From an uncultured Thermoleophilia bacterium (GTDB lineage Bacteria > Actinomycetota > Thermoleophilia > UBA2241), in assembly GCA_963717965.1 (NCBI GenBank), contig CAVQXS010000003.1:134896-198895 (forward strand): a stretch of DNA of 64,000 bases, written 5' to 3'. Positions 1 through 9,624 of this stretch are shown here, one piece after another (position 1 is the stretch's first letter; the number at the start of each line of letters is the position of its first letter). The notes under the pieces are model-generated. The model searched no databases, was not told where the DNA came from, and worked only from the letters and a program-made list of their open reading frames with translations. Made by a program: the position numbers and the translations under genes.

Positions 1-290
1 TGTAGCTGTGGAACTCGGTGCCGTTGTCGGCCGAGATACGTCTTGACACGGTCGCGCCGCCGCTCGATGGGCTCGATGGTCCTGGCGGCGGCGTCGACGG
101 CGCAGTGGCGCACGAGCTTACGCCTTCCCTACGACGACCGCGCCGACGTCGCCGACGACGGTCTGCTCAACAGTCCGAGCTAGAGTTCGTCGACGGGTCC
201 GGAGCGACGTGACCCACCAGTTCGCGCCTTGGTGAGCCGGGCTGGGCGTGAGGCCGGCGACGAGCTCGAAGGGTCTAACGTCAGACGGCG
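1..290 (-). mobile_element. Decayed transposase/integrase-core (rve, IS3-like OrfB) remnant, running off the window start
   Basis: Minus-strand translation gives ...RISADNGTEFHSY (the DDE 'DNGxEF' motif) at nt 1-50. Upstream, in other frames, are KLVRHCAVDAAARTIEPIERRRD and NWWVTSLRT...VVGDVGAVVVGKA*, which resemble the W.TDITY and DL.SR.VVGW segments. Stops occur in all frames near 110-125, so the gene is broken. Confidence 0.4.
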
Positions 291-318
291 CCGAGCCTGG
301 CGAGCCTATTCCAGCAGC

Positions 319-747
319 TCACGGACCTTCCGCGCGCATGCTCGACGCGCGACGGCTTCTCAGGCCGCCGCCGGGTCCGGCTGCGAGCAGGCCGAGCACG
401 TTGCCGTCGGGGTCCTTGATGTACGCGATCCAGCCGATGCCGGTCACCGGCATCCTGGGGAGGGCGACGCCGGCGCCCAGCTCGTCGCCCTTCTCCAGCA
501 CCGCGTCCAGCGACTCGACCTGGACCGTGCAGACGAAGGCGTTCATGGACGGAGAGTCCGCCGGGCCGGGGAGCGGCCTCTGGACGAGCCCGCCGCCGAT
601 GCCGGGCTCTTCCTCCGGGCCGGTCCCGATGAGCCAGTAGTCCATCGGTCCGGCCTTCTCGAACGTCCAGCCAAGAAGGCCGGAGTAGAACGCCATCAGC
701 GCCTCCGGGTCCGAGGCATGGATCTCGAAGTGGATGACGCGTGGCAT
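319..747 (-). CDS. VOC family (glyoxalase/bleomycin-resistance fold) protein
   Basis: 142-aa ORF MPRVIHFEIHASDPEALMAFYSGLLGWTF...GIGWIAYIKDPDGNVLGLL, typical of glyoxalase-fold proteins. Confidence 0.8.
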   Translation of the reverse strand: MPRVIHFEIHASDPEALMAFYSGLLGWTFEKAGPMDYWLIGTGPEEEPGIGGGLVQRPLPGPADSPSMNAFVCTVQVESLDAVLEKGDELGAGVALPRMPVTGIGWIAYIKDPDGNVLGLLAAGPGGGLRSRRASSMRAEGP

Positions 748-762
748 GACGGCTCCTCCTTG

Positions 763-1076
763 TCAGGCGACGGCGCGAGCCGCGGCGAAGTCCTGCGCCT
801 CGGCGACTTCGGTGAAGCACGCCTTGGGCTCGAAGATGACCTGTCCTCGATGCGGCTCCAGACCCCGCGCAGGGCCGCCAGCATGGCGCGGGCCTGCTGC
901 TCGGTGTCGAACTCGAGGTCGATCATGACGTTGTTGGGATCGTCGACCGGCCGCAGCACCTGATGCCGGCGCACGCCGGACCGCTCACGACCGACGGGGT
1001 CGCTGTCGAACGCCTTCTTCCACTCGTCGTAGTCGTTGACTTGATGTTCATCCGCAGGACGTACATCGCTGCTCAT
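763..1076 (-). CDS. Small conserved protein of unknown function, about 104 aa, with an apparent 1-nt frameshift near 845
   Basis: MSSDVRPADEHQVNDYDEWKKAFDSDPVGRERSGVRRHQVLRPVDDPNNVMIDLEFDTEQQARAMLAALRGVWSRIE continues sensibly only after a frame change, as GQVIFEPKACFTEVAEAQDFAAARAVA*. The gene length is not a multiple of 3. Confidence 0.5.
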
Positions 1077-1177
1077 CTCCCGAGTGACGGAAGGCGGCTC
1101 CTCACCATGGTGTTCCCCGTTCCGTGTTCCCGCAAGGGGCCCCGACACGCCGTTGCCGTCGGCGAGTCGGTGCCGCG

Positions 1178-1657
1178 TCACTCCCGGTGGGTCGGCGCGG
1201 CGAGCGCCAGCATCATGAGGCGGTGGTCGACCGCCTCGAACCCGGCGCTCCGGTACACCGCCTGCGCGACGGTATTGTCCGCGCCGACCTCCACGCGCAT
1301 GGCGCGGATTTCGAGGTCCTCGCAGGCTCGGCGGACCTCGGCGAGGGCGGCCGTGCCCAGGCCCTCGCCGCGCATCTCCGGACGCATGAAGAAGTCGTCG
1401 ACCACGGCGATGCGGCCGCCGTACTCCATCGCGAACACGAAGGTCACGACGATGTAGCCGGCGATTTCCGGATCGGCGGCCGTCGAGCCGGCCGCGCCCC
1501 GCTCGACGAGCCAGACCCGGCCGAGGCTGGGCTCGTCGACCAGAGCCGCGAACGCGGCGCGGGCGCAGCCCTCGTCGAGCTCGTAGCCGGACTCGGCGTA
1601 GAAGTCCCTCATGAGCCCGAGCAGCGCGCCGATATCGGCGCGTCCGGCCGGACGCAT
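1178..1657 (-). CDS. GNAT family N-acetyltransferase
   Basis: 159 aa. Acetyl-CoA motif region RGEGLGTAALAEVRRAC and ...NTVAQAVYRSAGFE. Confidence 0.85.
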   Translation of the reverse strand: MRPAGRADIGALLGLMRDFYAESGYELDEGCARAAFAALVDEPSLGRVWLVERGAAGSTAADPEIAGYIVVTFVFAMEYGGRIAVVDDFFMRPEMRGEGLGTAALAEVRRACEDLEIRAMRVEVGADNTVAQAVYRSAGFEAVDHRLMMLALAAPTHRE

Positions 1658-1995
1658 CAGCCCTCCTTCCCCGCGGGCAGGAAGTCATCGCGCACGGGCG
1701 AGAAGACCTCGATCGCCACCGAGTCCTCGACGATCTCGGCGCCGTGCGGCACGCCACCGGGGATCGACCAGCTGTCGCCGGGCGTCGCCACGAACGTCTC
1801 GTCGCCGACCGTGAGGGCGACCCGGCCGCTCACAAGGTAGCCGGTCTGCTCCTGCGGGTGGTCGTGCGTCGGCAGCGGAGAGCCCGCGTCGAGCAGGAAC
1901 TCGCACATGAGGGTCGCGCCGCCGAAGCTGAGCGTCTTGCGGCGGATGCCGGGCGCCATATCCACGTACCCTTCGTCACTGCGGCTCGTGAACAC
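1657..1995 (-). CDS. Cupin domain protein
   Basis: 112 aa. PLPTHDHPQEQTGYLVSGRVALTVGDE...IPGGVPHGAE are the cupin motifs. ATGA-type start/stop overlap with the downstream GNAT gene. Confidence 0.8.
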   Translation of the reverse strand: MFTSRSDEGYVDMAPGIRRKTLSFGGATLMCEFLLDAGSPLPTHDHPQEQTGYLVSGRVALTVGDETFVATPGDSWSIPGGVPHGAEIVEDSVAIEVFSPVRDDFLPAGKEG

Positions 1996-2037
1996 CTCGG
2001 CCTCCTCTTGTCTGCACCGCGAGCTCCACGTCCGGCG

Positions 2038-2835
2038 TCACGCCCTGCGCGCCAGCACGTAGACGCGGTAGATGACCACCTCCAGCAGCCCGTCGGCGGC
2101 GGCCTGGGCCCGGAAGTCGGACAGGATCAGCTCGCGCGCCACGTCCGCGTAGTCCTCCGGCAGCGGCACGTCGTAGCAGCCGGGGTTCAGGTAGGCGGCC
2201 GCCGCTCCCGAGTCGAACATCTCGAGGGCCTTCTCCGGCGTCGTGCGCTGCTTCAGCTCCTCGATCTCCGACGAGACCACCGAGAAGCCCGCGTCGGCGA
2301 ACAGCCGCGCGTACTCCTGACCGGTCTCGCGGAACGTCCACGGGGAGCGGAAGTGCGCGAAGGTCTCGCGCGTACGCGGATCGCGCGCGAGCGACGCGAC
2401 CGCGCGCACGAACAGCGGGCAGTAGTTCTCGTGCGCCGGCGCCTGCATGGCCATGCGTCCGCCGGCGCGCAGCGCCGCGTGACAGTTCACCAGCGCCCGC
2501 GCGGCGTCGACGAACCACTGAAAGGCCGAGTTGCAGAAGATGGCGTCGAAGGCGCCGGGCATGTCCAGCTCTTCGGCGGTGCCGACGACGAACTCGATGG
2601 TGGGCGGCGCCGACCGCCGCGCGAGGTCGATCATCGCCGCGGAGGCGTCGATGCCCACGACTCGCCCGTCGGTGAGGAGCCGCAGCTCCTGGGCGAGATG
2701 TCCCGTACCGCAGCCGAGATCGAGGATGTCGTCGTCGCGCGTGATGACGAGCATCCAGAACAGACGCTCGGCGCCCGACATCTGCAATGTCGCCGACTGT
2801 CGATAGGTCGATGCGATAGAGGTGAAGTCACTCAT
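2038..2835 (-). CDS. Class I SAM-dependent methyltransferase
   Basis: Motif I ILDLGCGTGHLAQEL and later FDAIFCNSAFQW. Start taken at MSDFTS; an upstream ATG at 2871 is possible. Confidence 0.85.
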   Translation of the reverse strand: MSDFTSIASTYRQSATLQMSGAERLFWMLVITRDDDILDLGCGTGHLAQELRLLTDGRVVGIDASAAMIDLARRSAPPTIEFVVGTAEELDMPGAFDAIFCNSAFQWFVDAARALVNCHAALRAGGRMAMQAPAHENYCPLFVRAVASLARDPRTRETFAHFRSPWTFRETGQEYARLFADAGFSVVSSEIEELKQRTTPEKALEMFDSGAAAAYLNPGCYDVPLPEDYADVARELILSDFRAQAAADGLLEVVIYRVYVLARRA

Positions 2836-2904
2836 GCCGGCCCTCCCCGCGGGTCTCGCTGCTCCCAGCATAGTGCGCCGGGGAGCGGCGGGATAGAGGC
2901 CGCG

Positions 2905-3780
2905 TCAGCGCTGCGGCGGTCGCGGCACGAGCACCGGCGTGCGCGCCTTGTACGCCTCGTACTCCGGGTCGCCGCCCCAGCGCTCGTCGGCGCTCTTCTC
3001 CAGCAGCGGCACGCCGCTGACCCGCGTGAGCAGCAGGAAGACGAACAGCGGCGAGATGAGCGTCACCCACTGCCAGCCGCGCAGCACGGGGAGGGCCACG
3101 ATCGCGACGCCCACCCAGAGCAGGATCTCGCCGAAGTAGTTGGGATGTCGTGACCACGCCCACACGCCGGTGCGGATGAAGCGGCCCTTGTTGGCCGGGT
3201 CGGCGCGGAAACGGCTCTTCTGGGCATCGGCGGTCGCCTCGATGCCGATGCCGAGCACCCAGACGATGAGGCCGATGGCCGTCACCGTGCCCAGCCTCAC
3301 GTGGTCGGTCGTCGTGATCGCCGCGAGCGCCGCGGCCAGCGTGAGGCTCACCCAGAGCCCCTGCAGGGTCCACGTGCTCAGGAAGCGCGGGAAGGAAGGC
3401 TTGATGGCGTCGAAGCGCGAGTCGGCGCCGGCCCTGCGGACGCGGCGGAACAGATAGGAGCCCAGGCGCGCGGCCCAGACGACGACCATGACGAGCAGAA
3501 GGAGGGAGCGGGCGTCGGGATTCGGCGTGAGCAGGACGGCGGCGACCGTGACCGTCATGTAGGTGAGGCTGCCGGTAAGGTCGTAGAAGCGCTCGCTCTG
3601 GAGCGCGTACGCGGGCACGAACGCGACCCACTGGATGACGAACGCAAGCGCGACGCACAGGGCGAACACGGGGAAGCCGCCGACCGTGGCGCCGCCCTGG
3701 CTGCCGGCCAGCGCCACCAGGGCGGCCACCAGCACGACGATCGGGAGGGCGACGAGCGCGTTGCGGTCGGGCTTCTTCAC
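2905..3780 (-). CDS. DUF1295 / steroid-5-alpha-reductase-like membrane protein
   Basis: 291 aa with several transmembrane segments. C-terminal WSRHPNYFGEILLWVGVAI is typical of this family. Confidence 0.75.
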   Translation of the reverse strand: MKKPDRNALVALPIVVLVAALVALAGSQGGATVGGFPVFALCVALAFVIQWVAFVPAYALQSERFYDLTGSLTYMTVTVAAVLLTPNPDARSLLLLVMVVVWAARLGSYLFRRVRRAGADSRFDAIKPSFPRFLSTWTLQGLWVSLTLAAALAAITTTDHVRLGTVTAIGLIVWVLGIGIEATADAQKSRFRADPANKGRFIRTGVWAWSRHPNYFGEILLWVGVAIVALPVLRGWQWVTLISPLFVFLLLTRVSGVPLLEKSADERWGGDPEYEAYKARTPVLVPRPPQR

Positions 3781-3830
3781 GGCGCCATCCTACCCGTTCG
3801 CGCGCGGAGCGATCACTGCTCGCGGCGTCC

Positions 3831-4443
3831 TCACGCACCCGCGGCGATGGTCCCGACGGTGACCTCGAGGTCGCGGAGCAGCCCGTCCTCGAGGTCGTAG
3901 ATCCAGCCGTGCACGGCGAGCTCCGCCCCGCGCTCCCACGCCGACTGCACGATCTCGGAGGAGGACACGGCGTGCACCTGCGCGGCCACATTGAGCTCGC
4001 AGAGCCGGTCCCAGCGCGCCTCGGGCGAGGGCAGCGCGTCGAGCTCCTCACGGTGCTCCTCGGCGAGCAGCCGCAGCGGCTGCAGCCAGAGCGCCACGGC
4101 GCCCGCCTGGTGGCCCTCGAGCGCCGCACGCACGCCGCCGCAGCGGTAGTGCCCGCAGACGATCACGTGGCGCACGCCCAGCGAGGAGACCGCGTACTCG
4201 ATCACCGCCATCGCGTTGAGGTCCGTGACCGGCACGCACGTTGGCCACGTTGCGGTGCACGAAGAGCTCGCCGGGCGCGAGGCCGACGATCTCGTTGGCG
4301 GGGACCCGGCTGTCGGAGCAGCCGATCCAGAGCAGCTCGGGCCGCTGGAGGTCGCGCAGCCGCTCGAAGAACGCCGGGTCGGCGGCGACGTGCCCTTCCG
4401 CCCAGGCCCGGTTCCGCGCGAAGAGATCGGCGAGGTACCTCAT
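3831..4443 (-). CDS. Beta-class carbonic anhydrase, with an apparent +1 insertion near 4238
   Basis: N-terminal frame: [17 protein letters not shown]...[33 protein letters not shown]. It continues in another frame as [35 protein letters not shown]. The sequence aacgtgCgtgccggtcacg reads through if one base is removed. Confidence 0.8.
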
Positions 4444-5120
4444 GCGCCGCCTTTCCCCGTCGCGTCCGTCGCGTACACCCGCGTCTCGAGGTCGAGGCCC
4501 CGGTCGCGCGCCGCTTTGCGGGTGCGCGCGTTCACCATCGCGATCATGACCTTGAGCGGCAGCGGGAACGGCGACCTGTCGCAGCGCGCGACGGTGCCCG
4601 CGGAGAACGGGCGCACGGCCACGACGTCGGCGACCACCAGCGGCAGGCACTTGCGCAGCTGCCTGGAGAACATGCCCGCCTCGTCGAGCGGGCGACCGTC
4701 GATCGGGGAGGTGCCGCCGAACCCCACGCCGCCCATCCAAGGCCAGCACATCTGGTCGGCGAAGAAGCGCATGCTGTGCAGCTCGGCGCGGCGCTGGATG
4801 GGCTCGGGGAAGCCCGAGTGGGCGATGCCGTAGAACAGCGGCGCGTGGCCGTCCAGCTCCGCGCGCCGCTCGTATACCTGCTCGAGCAGGCGCTGGGTGA
4901 CGGTCGGCAGTTCGTCCAGGTAGAGCGGCGCGACCAGCAGGACGGCGTCCGCGCCGGCGAGCTTCTCCAGCGCCTCGTCGCTCGCCTCCGGCCCGGCGCT
5001 CCACCTGGGCACGCGCCAGAGGTCGGCCGTCGCGCCTGCGGCCGTGAGGCGCGCCTGAAGGTCCCTGGCGATGGCGCCGGTGTTGGACCGCGCGCGCCGG
5101 CTCCCGTCGATGACGACCAT
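4440..5120 (-). CDS. Flavodoxin-like-fold NAD(P)H-dependent oxidoreductase
   Basis: [21 protein letters not shown]...[20 protein letters not shown]...[11 protein letters not shown]. This is the real C-terminal part of track ORF 4440..5729. Confidence 0.7.
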   Translation of the reverse strand: MVVIDGSRRARSNTGAIARDLQARLTAAGATADLWRVPRWSAGPEASDEALEKLAGADAVLLVAPLYLDELPTVTQRLLEQVYERRAELDGHAPLFYGIAHSGFPEPIQRRAELHSMRFFADQMCWPWMGGVGFGGTSPIDGRPLDEAGMFSRQLRKCLPLVVADVVAVRPFSAGTVARCDRSPFPLPLKVMIAMVNARTRKAARDRGLDLETRVYATDATGKGGA

Positions 5121-5122
5121 CG

Positions 5123-5788
5123 TCACGGCGCCACTGCCGCGACGGCGTCGAAGGCTGCGGCGAGCTCCTCGCGCAGCACCCGGTCGTCGGCGCTCGTGAA
5201 CGCCGCGGCGGCCCACCGCGCGTCGACGTTGGCGGCGAGCCGGCCGATCAGGAAGCGGAACGCGTCCGCCTCGGTCTTCACGCGTTCCCCGCCGTGCGCG
5301 GCGCGGACCAGCCCGACGCCCACCAGCGCCGGCAGGTCGTAGCGGCCGCGGAAGTGCATCTCCCCGCCGCGCACCACGTAGATGGGTACCATCAGCGGCT
5401 GGAACCGGTCGACGACCTTCTTGAGCTCGGCGCAGTACGACCCGAAGCGGACGGGGGTGGCGAGGACCAGCACGTCGCTCGCCACGATCTTGCGGAAGAT
5501 GGCCTGCATCTCGTCCTGCACCACGCAGGTCCCGGGCGTCTTGAGACCGCAGCTTCCGCAGCCGGTGCACGGGATGACGTCGACTTCCAGGCAGTCGATG
5601 GTCTCGACGTCGCACCCGCGCTCGACGAGCGAGGCCTCGAGGGCGGCGCACGTCGCCGCGCCGTGCTCGGCGTCGGCGCCGAGCGCCGACAGGACCACTG
5701 CCCTCTTGCCTGCGAGACCGCTCACGCACGCATCATCCCCGGCGACCGCCCGACCGGCAAGCCGGCACAGCGGTCGCCCGACGCTCAC
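5123..5788 (-). CDS. Iron-sulfur-flavoprotein-like flavodoxin family protein
   Basis: [10 protein letters not shown]...[27 protein letters not shown]...[14 protein letters not shown], with a C-x2-C-x2-C-x7-C motif. The true start may be the internal GTG near 5725. Confidence 0.7.
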   Translation of the reverse strand: MSVGRPLCRLAGRAVAGDDACVSGLAGKRAVVLSALGADAEHGAATCAALEASLVERGCDVETIDCLEVDVIPCTGCGSCGLKTPGTCVVQDEMQAIFRKIVASDVLVLATPVRFGSYCAELKKVVDRFQPLMVPIYVVRGGEMHFRGRYDLPALVGVGLVRAAHGGERVKTEADAFRFLIGRLAANVDARWAAAAFTSADDRVLREELAAAFDAVAAVAP

Positions 5789-6414
5789 GGCTCGGGGATC
5801 TCGAAGCTTCCCGTGACGACGGGGCCGCCGCGCTCGTAGGTCGCGACGACGACCCCGGTGCTGGTCGTCGTCGCGTCGAGGAGCTTCAGCGATCGGGGCA
5901 CTGCGCCTTCCCGGAAGAGGCGCCGGCCGCTGCCGAGCACGACCGGATAGACGAACAGGCGGTACTCGTCCACGAGGTCGTGCGCGATCAGCGTCTGCAG
6001 GAGGTCGCCACTCCCGTGGACCTGCAGTTCCCCGCCCGGCCGGTCCTTCAGCCGGGTGATCTGCTCCGGCACATCTCCGGACAACAACTCTGTGCCCCGC
6101 CAGCTCACGGACTCAAGTGTCCTCGACGCCACGTACTTGGGCAGACGGTTCAGCCGCGACGCGACCGGGTCCGTCTCATCCGTGACCAAGGGCCAGTACG
6201 CGGCGAAGATCTCGTAGGTCCGTCGCCCCAGCAAGAAGGCGTCGGCCTGCGCAAACCAGCCGCTGACCAGCCTGCCGAAGTCCTCGTCCGCAAAGGGAAA
6301 GGACCACCCGCCGAACTCGAACCCGTCGCTGCGGTCCTCGTCTCGTCCGCCCGGGGCTTGCATGACGCCGTCCAGCGTCAGGAATGTCGACACCGTCAGT
6401 CGCATGTCCTCCAT
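5785..6414 (-). CDS. Dihydrofolate reductase family protein (RibD C-terminal domain type)
   Basis: MEDMRLTVSTFLTLDGVMQAPGG...LLGRRTYEIFAAYWP...LQVHGSGDLLQTLIAHDLVDEYRLFVYPVVLGSGRRLF. Confidence 0.8.
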   Translation of the reverse strand: MEDMRLTVSTFLTLDGVMQAPGGRDEDRSDGFEFGGWSFPFADEDFGRLVSGWFAQADAFLLGRRTYEIFAAYWPLVTDETDPVASRLNRLPKYVASRTLESVSWRGTELLSGDVPEQITRLKDRPGGELQVHGSGDLLQTLIAHDLVDEYRLFVYPVVLGSGRRLFREGAVPRSLKLLDATTTSTGVVVATYERGGPVVTGSFEIPEP

Positions 6415-6442
6415 TGTCCCACCGCAAGCGGCCGGCGAACCG

Positions 6443-7321
6443 TCAGCGAAACCCGCCGGCCGCCTCGATGCGCCGGGGAAGGTCCTCGTCGCCGAGCTCG
6501 GCGCAGAGCCGCGCGAAGCCGGGCCGAACGCCCCGCCACTCGAGGTCGCCGACCTCCTCATCGAGAGGCACGTCGAGCCGCAGCGTCGCCAGGCGGCGGA
6601 ACAGCAGGGCGTCGTCGCGGCCCGCCCTCAGGCTCTCCACGAGGCGGGCCGCCCGCGCCGCCGGAAGGCCGAGCTCGGCCGGATCCTCCGGGATGGCGTC
6701 GAGGTGACCGAACCTCGCCAGCACGACGGCGGCCGACTTGGCGCCCCAGCCCGGTATCCCGGGAAAGCCGTCGGCGGCGTCGCCGACGAGCGCCAGCCAG
6801 TCCGGGATCGAGGCCGGCGGGACGCCGAACTTGCGGATCACGCCGGCTGCGTCCAGGACGACGTCGCGGCGGCGGTCCCAGGCGACGACACGCTCGCCCA
6901 CCACCGCCTGCGCGAGGTCCTTGTCCGGCGAGCAGAGCACGATCTGGTCGACGCCAGGGAGATCGCGGAAGCGGGCCGCTGCCGCAGCGAGGGCGTCGTC
7001 GGCCTCGAAGTCCACCATGGGCCACACCACCAGGCCGAACTCCCGGGAGGCCCTCTCGGCGAGCTCGAACTGCGCCAGCAGATCGGGATCGACGCCGGCG
7101 CTCGTCTTGTAGCCGGCGTACAGGTCGTTGCGGAACGACTCGATGACGTGGTCGAAGGCGCAGGCGACATGCGTGACGCCCGGCGTCGAGAGGAGCAGCC
7201 ACAGGCTGCGCATCAGGCCGACGGTCGCACCGACCTCGCGGCCGGCGGCATCCCGCCGAGGGGGGGCGCCAAAGTGGCTGCGGAAGAGCTCGTAGGTCCC
7301 GTCGACGAGGTGGATCCTCAT
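6443..7321 (-). CDS. 5'-3' exonuclease / flap endonuclease (PIN plus H3TH domains)
   Basis: MRIHLVDGTYELFRSHF...FEADDALAAAA...SPDKDLAQ...LVGDAADGFPGIPGWGAKSAAVVL. Confidence 0.85.
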   Translation of the reverse strand: MRIHLVDGTYELFRSHFGAPPRRDAAGREVGATVGLMRSLWLLLSTPGVTHVACAFDHVIESFRNDLYAGYKTSAGVDPDLLAQFELAERASREFGLVVWPMVDFEADDALAAAAARFRDLPGVDQIVLCSPDKDLAQAVVGERVVAWDRRRDVVLDAAGVIRKFGVPPASIPDWLALVGDAADGFPGIPGWGAKSAAVVLARFGHLDAIPEDPAELGLPAARAARLVESLRAGRDDALLFRRLATLRLDVPLDEEVGDLEWRGVRPGFARLCAELGDEDLPRRIEAAGGFR

Positions 7322-7328
7322 CGCGCGC

Positions 7329-7598
7329 TCACGCGCCGAAGCGGCGGACCGCGCGTGCGTGCGCCCTGGCGGCTTCGACCTCGCGGTCCCGGGACGGGGC
7401 AGTCGTGACCAGCTCCCTCATGAGCGCCGCGGATGCCTCGGCCACCCGTTCGACCGCCCGGTCGAACGACTCCCGGTTGGCCGCAGAGGGGTTGGTGAAC
7501 CCGCTCACCTTCCTCACGTACTGGAGCGCGGCCGCCCGGATCTCCTCGTCGGTCGCGGGCGGCTCGAAGTTGAACAACGTCTTGATGTTCCTGCACAC
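7329..7598 (-). CDS. DUF2277 domain protein
   Basis: GTG start, then CRNIKTLFNFEPPATDEEIRAAALQYVRKVSGF, the characteristic N-terminus of this family. Confidence 0.75.
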   Translation of the reverse strand: MCRNIKTLFNFEPPATDEEIRAAALQYVRKVSGFTNPSAANRESFDRAVERVAEASAALMRELVTTAPSRDREVEAARAHARAVRRFGA

Positions 7599-7731
7599 AG
7601 TGCTCACCTCATCTCTTCCGCGGCGGCGTGACAGCCCGGCGCACGGGGTGGACGCTGAGGAGAGTGCCCGGGCGCGTCCGGCGTGAATCACCGCGGCGGT
7701 CCCGCGCCGGCTCAGAGGCGGCGGGAGGCGC

Positions 7732-8685
7732 TCATCTCCACCAGGCCGAGGTGAGCAACGCGGCGAGGCCGGCGGCGAGCGCGACGGTCGCGCCGCCGGC
7801 CGCCCACACCCGCCATACCGCGTCGTCGATCACGTCCGCCGTGAGCGGCCGGTCGGCCGTCCCGAGCGGCGTAGGCACCCGGCTTCCGCAGCTGGACGCC
7901 CAGGCTGCCGGCCATCGTCGCGATCGCGAGCGTCTTGTTCGGTCCGTACTCGGGCCGGTGCTGCGTGCGGAACGCCCACCAGGCCCGGCCGGCCGTCCCC
8001 GTGAAGGCGGAGACCGCGACCAGCAGCAGCGCGGCGATCCGCGTGGGCACCCAATTGGCCGCGTCGTCGCTGCGCGCCGCGGCCTTGCCGACGTACTCGC
8101 GCTCGTCGCGGTAGCCGAGCATCGCGTCCATCGTGTTGACGGCCCTGTACGCCAGCGCGCCCGGGAGCCCGAGGAGGGCGTAGTACAGCAGCGGCGAGAC
8201 GACGCTGTCGGTGAGGTTCTCCGCCAGGGACTCGATCGTCGCGGAGACGATGAGCGGCGGGTCCAGGTCGGGCGAGCGGCTGACGAGGGCGGCGAGGCGG
8301 GCGCGCGCCGCTTCGGTGTCCGAGGCGAGGGCGCGCCGCACGTCGCGGCCGGCGCGCACGAGCCCCTTGAGCGAGAAGGTGGTCTTGAGCGCGCAGGCGC
8401 CGAGCGGGCAGAGCGACCCACCAGGGGAGCCGGTCGAGGACGAGGGTCAGGAGGAGGCCGGCGGCGAAGGCCGCTCCGGCCGTCACCACGACGATCAGGA
8501 CGCCGTAGGCGAACTCGGCGCCGGGCCGGCTGCGCGGCCGGCGCCGCTCCAGGGCGCCGATCAGCCGGCCCATCCAGACGACAGGGTGGAGTGCGTTCGG
8601 GCGGCTCGCCGAGCGTCACGTCGATGACGCCGGCGAGCAGCACCGTGGCGAGCGCGAGCCGCCAGTCGTGAGGGACGAAGAACAC
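7732..8685 (-). pseudogene. cbiB: Adenosylcobinamide-phosphate synthase CbiB/CobD, split over three frames by about 3 single-base insertions near 8598, 8405 and 7870
   Basis: Four segments join only across frames: MFFVPHDWRLALATVLLAGVIDVTLGEPP | NALHPVVWMGRLIGALERR...[11 protein letters not shown] | [26 protein letters not shown]...[26 protein letters not shown]...[11 protein letters not shown] | [22 protein letters not shown]...AWWR*. Confidence 0.8.
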
Positions 8686-8712
8686 GGGAGGTCGGGCGGA
8701 GGGAGCGCCGGC

Positions 8713-9597
8713 TCAGTCGTCGTCGGACGGGACGTACCTGTCGGGCTCGAGCCCGGCGAGGTGGGCGGTCGCGTTGACGAAGCGGATGGTGACGCACCCG
8801 CCGGCGAACTCGAGCAGCGAGACGCCGCCGTGGGTGGTGGACAGCGTCCACCACTTGTGCGGCGGCACGCCCAGGTAGTGGTTCAGGATCGCGCGGATCG
8901 GGCCGTCGTGGGCCACGAGGCAGGCGCTGCCGCCGTCCTCGACGGGCAGGAACCCGGTGGCCACGGCGCTCGCGTCCATCGTCTCCGGGAGGCAGACATC
9001 GCCGATAGCGACCTCCGCCGCCGAGGCGGCGTCGAGCGCCGCCGCCGCGGCACCGGCCCTCATGGCCGCGGCCTCGGTTGCGGCATTGCGCTCGGTCGCG
9101 CTCGCGTCGCCCTGGCTGACGGCGTTCGCGCAGGAGTTGCCGCTGTCGTCCACGCCGAACGGCTGCAGGATGTCCACGACGGCCGCGTGTGCCCGAGCCT
9201 CGAGGCGCGCCAGTGACTCGCCATTGGGCAGGGCCGTGCGCCAAGGGTCGGCGGCGAACGCCGCGGTGAGCTCGGTGTCGGCCTCGAACTCCTGCCACGG
9301 GCGGCCCTCGTAGTCGCCGAGCGAGATCTCCCGCAGGCGCGGATCGAGCACGATCGTCTCGGGTCCGGGAGCCTCGGCGCCGCCGAATGCCCACGCCGCG
9401 ATGATGTACTCCGCAGTCGCTCGCGCCCGCGGCAGATCGCTCGAGTAGATGGGCATGGGGCCGAACGGCGCGAGCCGCGCGGCGGCCGCTCGCGCCTGGT
9501 CCTCGCCGAGCGGCGTCAGCAGGTGGTCGCTCTGCCCCATCAGGGTGCCGCCCACGTTGCCGGTCGACTGGCCGTGGCGGACGAGGTACAGCTTCAT
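8713..9597 (-). CDS. cobC: Histidine phosphatase family protein (alpha-ribazole phosphatase CobC-like) with a long Ala-rich insertion
   Basis: MKLYLVRHGQSTGN (RHG motif)...SSDLPRARATAE...LVAHDGPIRAIL. Operon position between cobS and cbiB. Confidence 0.7.
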   Translation of the reverse strand: MKLYLVRHGQSTGNVGGTLMGQSDHLLTPLGEDQARAAAARLAPFGPMPIYSSDLPRARATAEYIIAAWAFGGAEAPGPETIVLDPRLREISLGDYEGRPWQEFEADTELTAAFAADPWRTALPNGESLARLEARAHAAVVDILQPFGVDDSGNSCANAVSQGDASATERNAATEAAAMRAGAAAAALDAASAAEVAIGDVCLPETMDASAVATGFLPVEDGGSACLVAHDGPIRAILNHYLGVPPHKWWTLSTTHGGVSLLEFAGGCVTIRFVNATAHLAGLEPDRYVPSDDD

Positions 9598-9624
9598 GCG
9601 GGATCCCCGGTCATGTTGGCTCCA

